Assembly (NCBI GenBank): GCA_050952625.1
Contig: JBMNLH010000001.1
Span: 81,056-145,055, forward strand
Direction of reading: 5' to 3'
Source of the DNA: Bacillota bacterium
GTDB taxonomy: Bacteria; Bacillota; Ch66; Ch109
Length of the DNA: 64,000 bases
In this document: positions 1 to 9,661 of the stretch, piece by piece
Position numbering within the stretch: the first letter of the stretch is position 1
How the letters are laid out: each line of letters begins with the position of its first letter
Program-made: the position numbers and the translations under genes
Notes under the pieces: model-generated
Database searches by the model: none
What the model was told of the DNA's origin: nothing
Seen by the model: only the letters and a program-made list of their open reading frames with translations

Positions 1-207
1 CTTAATGAACTAGTAAGATTGCTTACATCCAGGGTTGGCCCGGTTTCAGAAGCCTGTAAGTCCGTCTTAAGTGAATTGCTTTTAACTTATGGACCGGTTC
101 GGGTAACGGCCAGAATTTTAGAAGGCTTAGCTGAATTTGATCAGGGCTTTTGGTTGGCACGTCAAGCCAAAGACTATTTGGACGGAGAATTTAATCGACT
201 GAATTAG
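1..207 (+). CDS. C-terminal fragment of a hypothetical protein running in from upstream of the window
   Basis: The frame is open from base 1 and reads LNELVRLLTSRVGPV...NRLN*; the track only shows it from a TTG at 19. I recognise no family. Confidence 0.3.
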   Translation, partial: LNELVRLLTSRVGPVSEACKSVLSELLLTYGPVRVTARILEGLAEFDQGFWLARQAKDYLDGEFNRLN

Positions 208-218
208 ACTGAATTAAC

Positions 219-290
219 TAAGAAAAAGTTAATTAATCCGGTAATAACAAGAAGGCTTAAAGCCCTAACTGGGTCTGTTAAGCCTTCTTA
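219..290. terminator. Putative bidirectional terminator hairpin between convergent genes
   Basis: Inverted repeat aagaaggcttaa...ttaagccttctt between the + ORF ending at 207 and the - ORF ending at 335. Confidence 0.4.
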
Positions 291-334
291 ATCTGAGTTC
301 AAAAGCCCTTTACTTCGTAAGTGAGGGTTACCTA

Positions 335-952
335 CTAATCTAAAGGCACTAACTCAGCTTTGATCGGGGGCTGTTCGCTTTGATAAGATGTCCACCAGGG
401 GTGGCCTTTTTCCCAGACACAGCTTCTTCCTTTTTCTTGATTTAGAATTACTGAATTTGGCTGAGTTAACCGGTGACCAGATAATTGTTTCTGACTGGAA
501 CTGATATCAAAAAATTCAAGACTATACAAGGAACATTCCCAAAACTCATTTAGAGCAATATCCGGTTGATTATCAGCGTTAAAAGTACTGCCCCCGATTA
601 TTTGTAAATCATCTGAGTAATTAACGGTTAATTTTTGGATACCCGGAAAGAGTTCGCAACCGTTGCGGTCATAGACTTCCAGGTGCCAGAGGTTATCCCC
701 CAAAATTTGGTGAGTCAGGGTCATCTCCAGCTCATTGACGAGCAGCCAAGGCGGGTCATTATGCTTTATGTGGTCTGCCCGTTGATAGACCTTAACCTGC
801 CACTTATCGCCATCATCCCAGTCTGGTTTGGGTGAAATCAACCAGTTAAAGCCAAGGTACAGAACACCAAGCATCACGACTAAGCCTAAACCATACCCAA
901 TCCATTTTCTTGGTAATTTTAAGTTAATTGTTTTGAAAAGTTCCATTCTCAT
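335..952 (-). CDS. Hypothetical N-terminally membrane-anchored protein, translationally coupled to the upstream repeat protein
   Basis: 205 aa ORF with a single N-terminal hydrophobic segment (GYGLGLVVMLGVLYLGF). Its start abuts the stop of the 954..2105 ORF. Confidence 0.5.
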   Translation of the reverse strand: MRMELFKTINLKLPRKWIGYGLGLVVMLGVLYLGFNWLISPKPDWDDGDKWQVKVYQRADHIKHNDPPWLLVNELEMTLTHQILGDNLWHLEVYDRNGCELFPGIQKLTVNYSDDLQIIGGSTFNADNQPDIALNEFWECSLYSLEFFDISSSQKQLSGHRLTQPNSVILNQEKGRSCVWEKGHPWWTSYQSEQPPIKAELVPLD

Positions 953-953
953 C

Positions 954-2105
954 TTACCCCCTTCCGCTAATTATTTGGTCAATCAGTCTTCGACTTAGGA
1001 CCTGGTGCTGGGTAGCTGAAGCCGGATACCAGAGAAAATCAGGATGATCCCGGCGACTGTCACCCACGGTATTCCATCCGCCATCAATGGACCTTTCCCA
1101 GCCGCCGGCTGTTGGACGACGCTGATCGCCAGTGATCCAGTAATAGTAAACCTTCATTGAGGATCTAGTGCCCTGGTAATCTGGATGGGCCGTATAAGCA
1201 AACCAGACTCGGCAACGGACATGGGTGCGGTCCGGCTGGTTTCGGTCCGGCTGGTACTCCATTTGGTAACGGTAAGCCGGGTAGTTCCAGATTTGCGGAC
1301 TGTTGGTTTCTTGCGTCCCGCCTCGGATATCCATAATTATGGGTCGGCGTTTCTCACCAATAAAGTCAATCAGCACGCGGTGAAACTGGTGGGGGTAGAT
1401 ATCGTCAATATCATCCCCGGGGCCGTCATAGCGGCTCCCATAAAACGCGACCGCCGGGTCCCACCAGTGCCATTCCGCCAAAAGCCCTTTCATATCGCTC
1501 GGGTTAAATTGAATTCCGGCCAGGGTCCGTGCGCTTTGGGGTTCGGGTTCCAAGACGGAGGCGGCGGCCCAGCCATTGCAATGACCAAACCATTCTTCAC
1601 CTGGTCCATCAGCGTAATGATGCTGCCTTTCCCAGGCGCGGCTTTCTGGATTAGGCAATCCCTGGGCGACAGCGAGAGCATCATATTTGTCCATGGGCCC
1701 TCGGGGATCATAAAGGTGATAAGGCAAACTAACGTGGAATGGCCACCACCAACCAGACCAAGGTAAGTTTTGCACTTCTCCTTGATAGATAAGGTTTCCG
1801 GGATCGGTTTGAGTTGTAATGAGCTCTGGATTTAAGGGATCGGTCTGAGTCGTAAGCAGTTCAGGGTTTAAGGGATCGGTTTGAGTCGTAAGGAGTTCAG
1901 GGTTTAAGGGATCGGTCTGAGCGGACGGCACAACTTCTGGCGGTGGGTCAAAGTTAAGGACATTACCGTACCAAAGTGCCAGGCAAATCAGGCAAATGCC
2001 CGTGATGCTCAATATGGCAACCTTGGCTATCGCTGGAATACTCTTTAAAGCAGGTAGGAAAGAAGGTTTTTTTCGTTCCATTAGCTCACGCCTCCATAAA
2101 ATCAT
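954..2105 (-). CDS. Membrane-anchored secreted protein with three 12-aa tandem repeats (TTQTDPLNPELL) and a C-terminal Cys/His-containing globular domain, possibly peptidase or transglutaminase-like
   Basis: 383 aa ORF with an N-terminal TM helix, TTQTDPLNPELL repeated three times, and a GHCNGWAAAS motif. The family assignment is a weak guess. Confidence 0.5.
   Translation of the reverse strand: MILWRRELMERKKPSFLPALKSIPAIAKVAILSITGICLICLALWYGNVLNFDPPPEVVPSAQTDPLNPELLTTQTDPLNPELLTTQTDPLNPELITTQTDPGNLIYQGEVQNLPWSGWWWPFHVSLPYHLYDPRGPMDKYDALAVAQGLPNPESRAWERQHHYADGPGEEWFGHCNGWAAASVLEPEPQSARTLAGIQFNPSDMKGLLAEWHWWDPAVAFYGSRYDGPGDDIDDIYPHQFHRVLIDFIGEKRRPIIMDIRGGTQETNSPQIWNYPAYRYQMEYQPDRNQPDRTHVRCRVWFAYTAHPDYQGTRSSMKVYYYWITGDQRRPTAGGWERSIDGGWNTVGDSRRDHPDFLWYPASATQHQVLSRRLIDQIISGRG
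1797..1925. repeat. 36-bp tandem DNA repeat (~3.3 copies) encoding the TTQTDPLNPELL protein repeats
   Basis: The unit gggatcggt(c/t)tgagtcgtaag(c/g)agttcagggtttaa is visible in the sequence around 1800-1920. Confidence 0.7.
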
Positions 2106-2156
2106 CCTTTCTTAGAATTTATTACGCTAACTTAAAACTTAGAATAAATTATTAAA

Positions 2157-3512
2157 CTAGTTAGTGTCCGACTGGACAACTGGCTTCATCTTTTCCAATG
2201 GAACGAGTAAGAGGTACCCCCAGGTTAGGATAATGCTCAAGGTAGCACTGGCGACAATTGCCCACCAGATGCCGGCTGCTCCCATTCCGAGCACATTTGC
2301 CAGATAATGGGCCCCCGGAACCCGGATAATCCAGAGAGTGATAATGGAGATGATCGTTGGAGGCATGACCGCCCCGGCTCCTCGTAAGATACCGCTTAAG
2401 GCAAAGGTCCAGCCTAAAGGAAAGTAAGATAGGCTTATTATGCGTAAATACCGAACACCTTCCGCGATAACCTCCGGTTCACTGACAAACATGGCGATCA
2501 GGTAGCGGGCAAAAACATAAAACAGAACCGAAACACTTAGGGCCAAGACGCCGACAATCAGACTGGAAGCCCGAATGATGTGCTTGATTCGGTCACCTTT
2601 TTGAGCCCCGATATGCTGGCCGGTAACTGTACTGGTGGCCATGGAAATCGCCTGAAACGGAGTCATGATCAAAGCGTCTATTCGGGTACCGGCCGCGAAA
2701 GCCGCCATAACGGTTGTACCCAAGCTGTTGACCACGGAGCTAACCACTAGCATGCCGACTGAGACGGCAAATTGTTGAATACCAAAGGGGAGTCCCAGCC
2801 TAATAACGGTTCCGGTAAGCTGACGATCATAGGTAAAAGAAAAGACTGAGAGCGAGCTACTTTGTTTTTTTAAGTAATTGGCTCCCAGGAAGAATAACAA
2901 GGCCTGAGAACACAATGTTGCGACAGCAGCCCCGCTGACTCCCCATTTAAACACAATGATAAAAAGAGGGGTGAGCAGGGCATTTAGGAACAAAGAATAA
3001 ACTAAAAAATATAAGGGGGTCTTGGTGTCGCCGAATCCCCGCAGTAATCCCACGACCAAGTTATAGCTTAAAATAAAGTAGAAGCCTAGAAAAAAGATAT
3101 TCAAGTAGTTTTTGGCCAGGGGAAAAACTTCAGCCGGGGTTTGGACCAGCCTCAATAGCGGCCCGCTGACGAGAATGCCCAGAATCGTTAAAACTACTGC
3201 ACTTACTGTCACCAAGGTATTTGAATTATCCATCAACTTTTTCAGGTCATCAAAGCGACGAGCCCCCACATACTGCGAGACCAGGATACTAACGGCCATG
3301 GAAAAGCCAATAACGACTGAGATGATAATAAAAATGATAAAAATACTGCCTGAAACAGCGGCCAGTGCTTCTGAGCCCACGAAGCGACCTAACCAAATGC
3401 TGTTGATGACATTGTTTAGATTCTGCAGCAAACTGCCAAGCAGTAGGGGCAGGGAGAAGTTGATTATATTTTTTAATAAATTGCCTTCGGTTAGGTCCCA
3501 GTGTTTTTCCAT
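2157..3512 (-). CDS. MATE family multidrug/sodium efflux transporter
   Basis: 451 aa with about 12 TM segments and a MATE-type N-terminus (NFSLPLLLGSLLQNLNNVINSIWLGRFVGSEALAAVS) and internal duplication. Confidence 0.85.
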   Translation of the reverse strand: MEKHWDLTEGNLLKNIINFSLPLLLGSLLQNLNNVINSIWLGRFVGSEALAAVSGSIFIIFIIISVVIGFSMAVSILVSQYVGARRFDDLKKLMDNSNTLVTVSAVVLTILGILVSGPLLRLVQTPAEVFPLAKNYLNIFFLGFYFILSYNLVVGLLRGFGDTKTPLYFLVYSLFLNALLTPLFIIVFKWGVSGAAVATLCSQALLFFLGANYLKKQSSSLSVFSFTYDRQLTGTVIRLGLPFGIQQFAVSVGMLVVSSVVNSLGTTVMAAFAAGTRIDALIMTPFQAISMATSTVTGQHIGAQKGDRIKHIIRASSLIVGVLALSVSVLFYVFARYLIAMFVSEPEVIAEGVRYLRIISLSYFPLGWTFALSGILRGAGAVMPPTIISIITLWIIRVPGAHYLANVLGMGAAGIWWAIVASATLSIILTWGYLLLVPLEKMKPVVQSDTN

Positions 3513-3704
3513 CAGTTTAGCCTTTCTCTCCGACCGAGTTCCTTGCTAAATTATACCCGTTGTCGAGTGATCTGTATATGCTCCAATAAATTCGAGGCAG
3601 ATCCTATTCCGTTAAGCAGTATCAAGGCAGTATCTTATTTATTTCTGTTTCTAGAACATGTGTTAAAATAAATAGTATCAACGACTTGGAGGCAGGCGAG
3701 ATTA

Positions 3705-4253
3705 ATGTGGGACAAAATAAGTAGATTTTATCCGCCCTGGTTAGAGATTTTTCCCCTGGCATTGGTGGTTTTTGCTCTGCTTTATACCAACGCCTGGTAT
3801 GATGCTTTACCATCAACTGTCCCCACCCATTTTGGGGCCGACGGTCAGCCGGATGGCTGGAGCAGTAAAAGCTTTGTCAGTGTTTATTTACTTCCGCTGA
3901 CCAACTTATTTATTTATCTAATGATGGTCTTTATTAACCTCTTTTTAATTATCCGGCCAGATGACCCGAGACGAGTGGTCAATTTAATGGAGAAAGAGAA
4001 AGATGCTTTGGGTCCGGAACGTCTGGAAGCCATTCGGACCTTTACGGCGCGGGGACTTTGGCTAATTAATACTTTAACGATTGGTTGCCTGGCTTATCTG
4101 ACTTACGGCAGCATCAATGTCGGCCTAGGCCGGCAGGAAGGCTTGGGCTGGGTGATGTGGGTATTTTTTGGGGCCTTTATCATCGTCAGCCTGGGGATGA
4201 CCATTAAGGTTTTGGCTTTATCTAGCCCGCCTACCTCGAAAAAAGGCACTTAG
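3705..4253 (+). CDS. DUF1648-like integral membrane protein
   Basis: 182 aa with four predicted TM segments and a PTHFGADGQPDGWSSK motif typical of DUF1648/SdpI-like N-terminal domains. Confidence 0.55.
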   Translation: MWDKISRFYPPWLEIFPLALVVFALLYTNAWYDALPSTVPTHFGADGQPDGWSSKSFVSVYLLPLTNLFIYLMMVFINLFLIIRPDDPRRVVNLMEKEKDALGPERLEAIRTFTARGLWLINTLTIGCLAYLTYGSINVGLGRQEGLGWVMWVFFGAFIIVSLGMTIKVLALSSPPTSKKGT

Positions 4254-4497
4254 AGATCGGCTTGTGTTTTATTCGGTCCAAAAAAATAACCCGGCAAAGT
4301 GGGGGCGATTGGTTGGTCCTCTATTCGAGAGGCGACCCCTGCCTCTAGACTATTGTGTTGAACATAGTCAGGAGGCAGCCTACAAACGCTTGACTCAATT
4401 GGTTTGGGAAAATTTGAGACTGGAACTAATCTATTAATGGAACTTTGCTGTTAAGACCAATTAATGAAACGAAATAGTGGCCTACCGCCGGCTATCG

Positions 4498-4617
4498 CTA
4501 CTTGAGGATGAAATTAAGCAGCGGGTAGCCAATAGACAATAACACGATCACCAGAATTAGGGCCCCAAACGTGAAAGCAATAAATTGGGATGATCGATCG
4601 TACCGTTTATTCAGCAA
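4498..4617 (-). CDS. Candidate small hydrophobic peptide (39 aa, single TM), below the ORF-track threshold
   Basis: A TTG start lies 7 nt after a GGAGGTGG Shine-Dalgarno. It encodes MLNKRYDRSSQFIAFTFGALILVIVLLSIGYPLLNFILK, with a charged N-terminus followed by one TM helix. Confidence 0.3.
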   Translation of the reverse strand: MLNKRYDRSSQFIAFTFGALILVIVLLSIGYPLLNFILK

Positions 4618-4765
4618 TTAACATCCACCTCCAGGAAAAAGTTGTTCAGAAAGAAGTTTTTCAGTTAATCATTAATCAGTTCTATTTCTTTATAGACGGG
4701 TTAGATTCCTGCTTTGTGAGGCATTTCTCTTAGGGATGCTTGTGTTTTAACTCGGTCATACCATA

Positions 4766-4800
4766 AGAAAAGCTGTTAACGTTTAAACGTTAACAGCTTT
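4766..4800. terminator. Perfect palindromic hairpin, a likely bidirectional terminator
   Basis: aaaagctgttaacgtttaaacgttaacagctttt is a 14-bp perfect stem flanked by A and T runs, downstream of the - gene ending at 4946. Confidence 0.55.
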
Positions 4801-4945
4801 TCTAGCTAAGCATAGGAAACCTGTACCCCTTGGCAACAAAAGTTATTTCAATAAACCCGTTCGGTATAACCGATCAGGTTCGGTTTAAATACTTGGTTGA
4901 TTAACCTAGGGAATTAACCTTGTCTTATGCCAGATCCTGCTTGGA

Positions 4946-5284
4946 TTAATAACTGGAAGCACTCCTAAAGCAGTTCCAGCAATAAACCGGACGGTCACCT
5001 CGCGGTTTAAAGGGTACCTGAGTTTCACAACCACAACTGCTGCAAATTACATCGAACATTTCTCTTTCGGAATTAAACGACCGGTTGGCTTGACCTCTGC
5101 GATTTCGTCGGCACTCAGGGCACCGTGCTGGCAGATTTTGAAATCCCTTTTCCGCATAAAACTCTTGCTCGCCTACTGTGAATACAAAATCGTTGCCACA
5201 GTCTCTGCATTGTAACACCTTGTCTTCGAATTCCACTGGATGATCCCCTTTCCAAATAAAGCTCCTCCTGAATATAACCACCAC
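4946..5284 (-). CDS. Zinc-ribbon domain protein (zf-trcl-like) with two CxxC pairs
   Basis: CRDCGNDFVFTVGEQEFYAEKGFQNLPARCPECRR plus a second CSSCGC...CWNC cluster. The pattern matches the probable zinc-ribbon family seen in Clostridia. Confidence 0.55.
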   Translation of the reverse strand: MVVIFRRSFIWKGDHPVEFEDKVLQCRDCGNDFVFTVGEQEFYAEKGFQNLPARCPECRRNRRGQANRSFNSEREMFDVICSSCGCETQVPFKPRGDRPVYCWNCFRSASSY

Positions 5285-5507
5285 GTTCAGCTTTACCTAA
5301 AAAGGGGTAAGAGTGAACTAGATGATTTGGAAGGCCAATATTAATATTATCACCTTAATCTAAAATTGTAAAACCCAAAATACCTCGATTTTTCGACAGT
5401 CAGCCTATGCTTGTTCGGGAAAAATCTTCTCGGAAAAGGCTAAGAATAGTGTATACTATATTAAACTATTTAAGAAATAAAGCGACGCTTGTGTTATACT
5501 GGCAGAC

Positions 5508-6919
5508 TTGACTGGGATCGACAATAATTATAGATTTTCCAGTGATCAACGAAACTTTAACGAACCTTTTGAGGATGGTAGATTGACAATGAAAGAAATC
5601 CCCCACAATGCTTCCAATCCCCCGGCAACTGGCCCTGGTCGTGTTCGCTACCTTCTCTCTGCGGTCTTGTTAATTACCATAACCATTCATTATTTGCAAC
5701 GGGTAAACATTAGTATCCTGCTGGCGGATCCTCAGTTTCTAGCCGACCTGGGGTTAACCGGGGAAACAGCCAAACAGGGATTGCTGATGACTTTTTTTTT
5801 ATTGCTCTATGCGCTCACTAATTTTATTGCCGGTCCGCTAGGGGATCGGTTTGGCCCCCGGCGGATTATGGCCCTCGGCGTGTTCGTATCAGCGGGATAG
5901 CCATGGTCGTGGGCGGGGTAGCTTCCGCTTTTGGGATCATGCTTTTTGCGCGGATCCTGCTAGGAATAGGGAATGGGATCCATTATCCAGCCCAAGGCGT
6001 GTTTGTCCGACGCTGGTTTCCGCCCTGGGAAAGAGGAAAAGCGAATGCCATCAATAGTATCGGCAGTAATCTAGGGCCGATTTTGGCGATGCCGTTGTTT
6101 GTTTTAATTGCCAATAATTGGGGATGGGAGGCTTGCTTTTTTTCAGTCGCCTTATTGGGCTTGCTAGTGGCTTTGCCCGGAGTCTGGTTTCTAACCAGTG
6201 ACTTGCCAGAAAAAAGTCCGTTTATTGGCGCAGCCGAAAAGGATTACCTGCATAAAAATGTGGGAGGGAGTTTGCCCGGCGGCCAGGTGGCTAGAACACC
6301 ATTTAGAGTGCAAGTGGGAAAAGTCTTGGAAATTCCTTGGCTAGGCATGTATATTGTTACCTATGCCTCTTTTCTTTCAATCTGGTTTGGGCTGCTGACC
6401 TGGCTGCCGCAGTATTTTACCATGGCTAGAGGCATTTCTTTTAAAACCATGGGTTTTGTATCATCTCTTCCCTACATTTTAGGGATCATTGGGTTGACTT
6501 TTGCTGGCGTTGTTTCGGATCGAATTGGCCGGCGCGCCCCCTTCGTGGTTGTCGCTTTGGCGGGCTCTGCCAGCCTGTTGTACTGGGCCGCCGCCACCTC
6601 ACAGATCTATCCCTGTATTATCTTAGTATCCTTGGCGACCGGTGTGCTCTCTCTTTTTATGGGGGTATTTTGGGCGATGGTCCAGACCCTCCTGCCGATT
6701 AATCTAGTCGGTTTAGGGGTGGGGATGATTTCTGGAGTTGGCAACTTTATTTCTGCGCTAACCCCCCTAATTATCGGCGGTTTAATTCAGCTGACCGGCA
6801 GCTATTTAGCCGGGATCCTGTACTTGGTGGTCTTTGGTTTGGTGGGCGCAGTTTGCAGTTGGGTTTTAGTTCGGGAAGAAAAAAAGACCTTTCAGGTCAA
6901 GACAGTCGGGGTAAACTAA
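5508..6919 (+). pseudogene. MFS transporter (ACS/hexuronate-like) interrupted by a frameshift at about 5894-5900
   Basis: The N-terminal 130 aa in frame 0 end ...MALGVFVSAG*. The protein continues in frame 2 (IAMVVGGVASAFGIMLFARILLGIGNG...), giving 12 TM helices in total. Adding one G to the GGG run at 5894-5896 fuses the two frames. Confidence 0.65.
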
Positions 6920-6922
6920 GAA

Positions 6923-7381
6923 TCATCGAGGCATTCGGCCGGTTACCTCAAGGTATTTGCGATGCAGCCAGTGAATCGATCTGACCGGTTCAGCAAACAT
7001 TAGAATACACCAGCCATAAACCAGCACCAAGTTGTTCTGTAATCCGACTTGGACCGCCTCCTCAGACACAGCTCCTGGCTGCAGCCAGATTGCTTCAATA
7101 CCCTGTGTGATCAGATCCTGGATTAGGGTCCGATTCTCGCTGGCTGGGGTGACGACGACGGCTGCTTTGGGTGCTTGCGGAATACTGGAAACTGAGCCGT
7201 AGTAGGTTAAACCGTTATAAGTTCCAGGAAAACGGTTAACCGGGAAAGCCGAGTAGCCGCCCTTTTTGAGATGATTATAGGTCTGCCAGCCGAATCCTTT
7301 TTGGTTTCGGGAGACGCCAATAACTGCATACTCAGGGTAACTCATGAATTGATTGATACTATCCAGGCTAGAAGCAGACAA
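6923..7381 (-). CDS. CoA-binding domain protein (YccU/YneT-like)
   Basis: 152 aa with AVIGVSRNQKGFGWQTYNHLKKGGYSAFPVN, typical of the CoA_binding_2 family. Confidence 0.65.
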   Translation of the reverse strand: MSASSLDSINQFMSYPEYAVIGVSRNQKGFGWQTYNHLKKGGYSAFPVNRFPGTYNGLTYYGSVSSIPQAPKAAVVVTPASENRTLIQDLITQGIEAIWLQPGAVSEEAVQVGLQNNLVLVYGWCILMFAEPVRSIHWLHRKYLEVTGRMPR

Positions 7382-7482
7382 ACTATTCCCTCCTAATCAT
7401 AATTTTATTAACAATTTAAATTAAATGTATTAATCAAAAAGCCGTAACAATTCGATTTGCTACGACTTTTTTACCTATTTAT

Positions 7483-7841
7483 GATGAGTAAACCTGTAAG
7501 CGGAGTTCTGTCCCTCTAACGAGGTGATGATCATCTATCTGGGATGCCAGTTGCCTGACACCTCAAGCGACCTACCCGGAAGCGGAGCGGGCAACTCCAT
7601 CGCTTCTCTATTCGGTCTTGCTCCGGGTGGGGTTTACCGAGCCAGCCAGTCGCCTGACTGCTGGTGAGCTCTTACCTCACCTTTCCACCCTTACCGGTGT
7701 AAACCGGCGGTTTGTTTCTGTGGCACTTGCCTTAAGGTCACCCTCACTGGGCGTTACCCAGCACCCTGCCCTGTGGAGCTCCGACTTTCCTCGAACACAG
7801 CCTTTCGGCTTTTGTGCCCGCAATCATCCAGTTTACTCACC
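7483..7841 (-). ncRNA. rnpB: RNase P RNA (rnpB), bacterial type A
   Basis: The reverse complement contains GAGGAAAGUCGGAGCUCCACAGGGCAGGGUGCUGGGUAACGCC, GGUAAGGGUGGAAAGGUGAGGUAAGAGCUCACCAG, GGUAAACCCCACCCGGAGCAAG and ACAGAACUCCGCUUACAGG. The P1 helix pairs GGUGAGUAAAC with GUUUACUCAUC. It is not in the ORF track. Confidence 0.85.
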
Positions 7842-8135
7842 TGATTCAGTGATTTAACGCCAATATAGATTAGCATATGGAAAAGATGTTGTCAAGGAGA
7901 CTTTCATTACTATTTGTGCCGCCAGCGGTCGCGGCGGAATGGAGGTTACTATGAAATGATATCCTTGGTTAAAAAAGGATAGTTTTCTTAAAGGCGAGGG
8001 TATTGCTAGCTGATGAGAAGTGAAAAAATCCTGATGGCAATCAAAAACGAGAAGGAATGGTCCAAACGACGTCGAATTATATACATTCTAGAAAGCAATT
8101 ATTGTCACAATTTGTAGCAGGTTGGGGGACGGAAG

Positions 8136-8492
8136 ATGATTAATGAAAAACAAAAAGATCCAACTAATCAGTCGGTTAGTGATTTGACCAGATTTGGCCG
8201 TCGGCACATTAAGGTTATTGGCGAGTCAACCTTGGCCAACTTGGAGATAAAATTAAAAGATTGGTTGCAAGAAGGACACATTGTGCGACATCTTCAAATT
8301 GATCATTTGCCCGAACAACCGTCCTGCGAAAAGTGGCAAGCCATTGTGACTTACTATATAAACAATGGGGCGGATCGGCCGCCCAAGCGCAAGTGTTACC
8401 GGTGCCTTGACCGGGATGGATGTCCGCGCTATCAGGCATATCTGCAACGCAAAGAGGAGTATAACCACTTTACAAATTCTTCATGTAATTAA
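8136..8492 (+). CDS. Hypothetical protein with a Cys-rich C-terminus
   Basis: 118 aa ORF with no family I recognise. The C-terminus carries CYRCLDRDGCPRY. Confidence 0.3.
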   Translation: MINEKQKDPTNQSVSDLTRFGRRHIKVIGESTLANLEIKLKDWLQEGHIVRHLQIDHLPEQPSCEKWQAIVTYYINNGADRPPKRKCYRCLDRDGCPRYQAYLQRKEEYNHFTNSSCN

Positions 8493-8762
8493 TTAAATAA
8501 TAGCCGAGGATAGCGGCAATTGGAATGGTAATAATATGAATAATCCACCAGCGTCCAGCAGATATTGTCAACCATTTTATGTATTGACTCAATCAAGACA
8601 CCCCTTGGTATTTTGTTTTCGCAGTATTAATGATGAATTGATTGCGCGCCGTTTTTAATGAAGGTCAGTGATTGGCGGTTTGCCTAAAGAGTAGAATTCT
8701 GGTAAGTTGTTTAGCTTTTAGGAGTCCTTCCATCATGGGAGGACTCCTATGGGTTAACCTAT

Positions 8763-9263
8763 TTAGTGAGTATTAACGCTATTGGCCCCGTATTTACGGA
8801 GAACCGAGGCGGCTTCGTTTACTTTGCTTGGGTCAGAATGAACCGAGACCATTATTTTACCGGAACGAATGTCTTGTTCCAGTTGGCGGCTTTCAGCTTC
8901 GGGAATTCCCCAATCAATTAAACTACCAGCAATACCACCGGTCGCCGCTCCGCCCAAAAGACCAGCAATTGGCCCAGCAGCAAAAAGAGGACCCAATCCC
9001 GGGATAGCCAGAGCACCTACCCCGGCCGCTAATCCAGCCAGACCGCCAAGTACTCCTCCAGTAGTGGCACCGTCAGATACAGAATCATTGCCAAATTCCA
9101 TATCGCGGCGGCCTTGGGCACCTGCTCGATTGGCATTGCCCCGAGCGACTTCATCTTTAGCGACAATAGAAATCTCGTTATCGAAGCCTTTCTGGCGCAG
9201 TTCATTAACCGCCTGTTCGGCTTTGCTACGGGTATCGAAAGTACTAACTACTAAGTTTGGCAA
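8763..9263 (-). CDS. YflT-like general stress protein with a glycine-zipper C-terminal region
   Basis: The N-terminus FDTRSKAEQAVNELRQKGFDNEISIVAKDE resembles the YflT/general stress protein 17M domain. The Gly/Ala-rich zipper is followed by WGIPEAESRQLEQDIRSGKIMVSVH. A hairpin terminator lies at about 8720-8750. Confidence 0.5.
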   Translation of the reverse strand: MPNLVVSTFDTRSKAEQAVNELRQKGFDNEISIVAKDEVARGNANRAGAQGRRDMEFGNDSVSDGATTGGVLGGLAGLAAGVGALAIPGLGPLFAAGPIAGLLGGAATGGIAGSLIDWGIPEAESRQLEQDIRSGKIMVSVHSDPSKVNEAASVLRKYGANSVNTH

Positions 9264-9661
9264 AAAGCATTTACCTCCTTTTCAATAAATAGTAACTTGC
9301 ACTTTTCGCGTAACCGAACTTAGTATTCCCCGGTGTTAGAGATATATTCGGTTTAAACCTTTTTTTAATCCAAAATTTATCCGACGTTCCTATATCAGGT
9401 TTCATCCCCAGTAATTTGCTTAGCGGTTTAATTGCTCTTTTGTTTGAATTTTTGTGCTAAACTCATTACGTTATTTGAAGCTCTTATGGGAGTCTTCATA
9501 AGTTATTTTGCATAAACGATCCTTAGATTTTTAGATAAAAACAGGAAATATAATGATACATGTCGAATTTTTATCTCTAGCGAAATAAATATATTATTTC
9601 AGGAGATTTTAATGATACAAGAGTAAAAGATTACCCGAAAAAGAGGTGATTTTACCCCGTT

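Noticed and set aside
1185-1766. Large antisense or overlapping ORFs inside confidently assigned genes. Examples: 1185..1766, 3112..3549, 10111..10464, 19394..19672, 19752..20060, 24068..24370, 24745..25011, 25611..25901, 38404..38691, 40845..41303, 52220..52471, 58212..58562
   Set aside because: Each lies inside or overlaps a well-supported CDS with no independent evidence. These are typical GC-rich-frame artefacts.
5851-6057. 68-aa ORF overlapping the MFS gene
   Set aside because: It is an alternative-frame artefact across the frameshift site of the MFS transporter.
7618-7857. 79-aa + strand ORF
   Set aside because: It lies entirely within the minus-strand RNase P RNA. The structured RNA explains the open frame.
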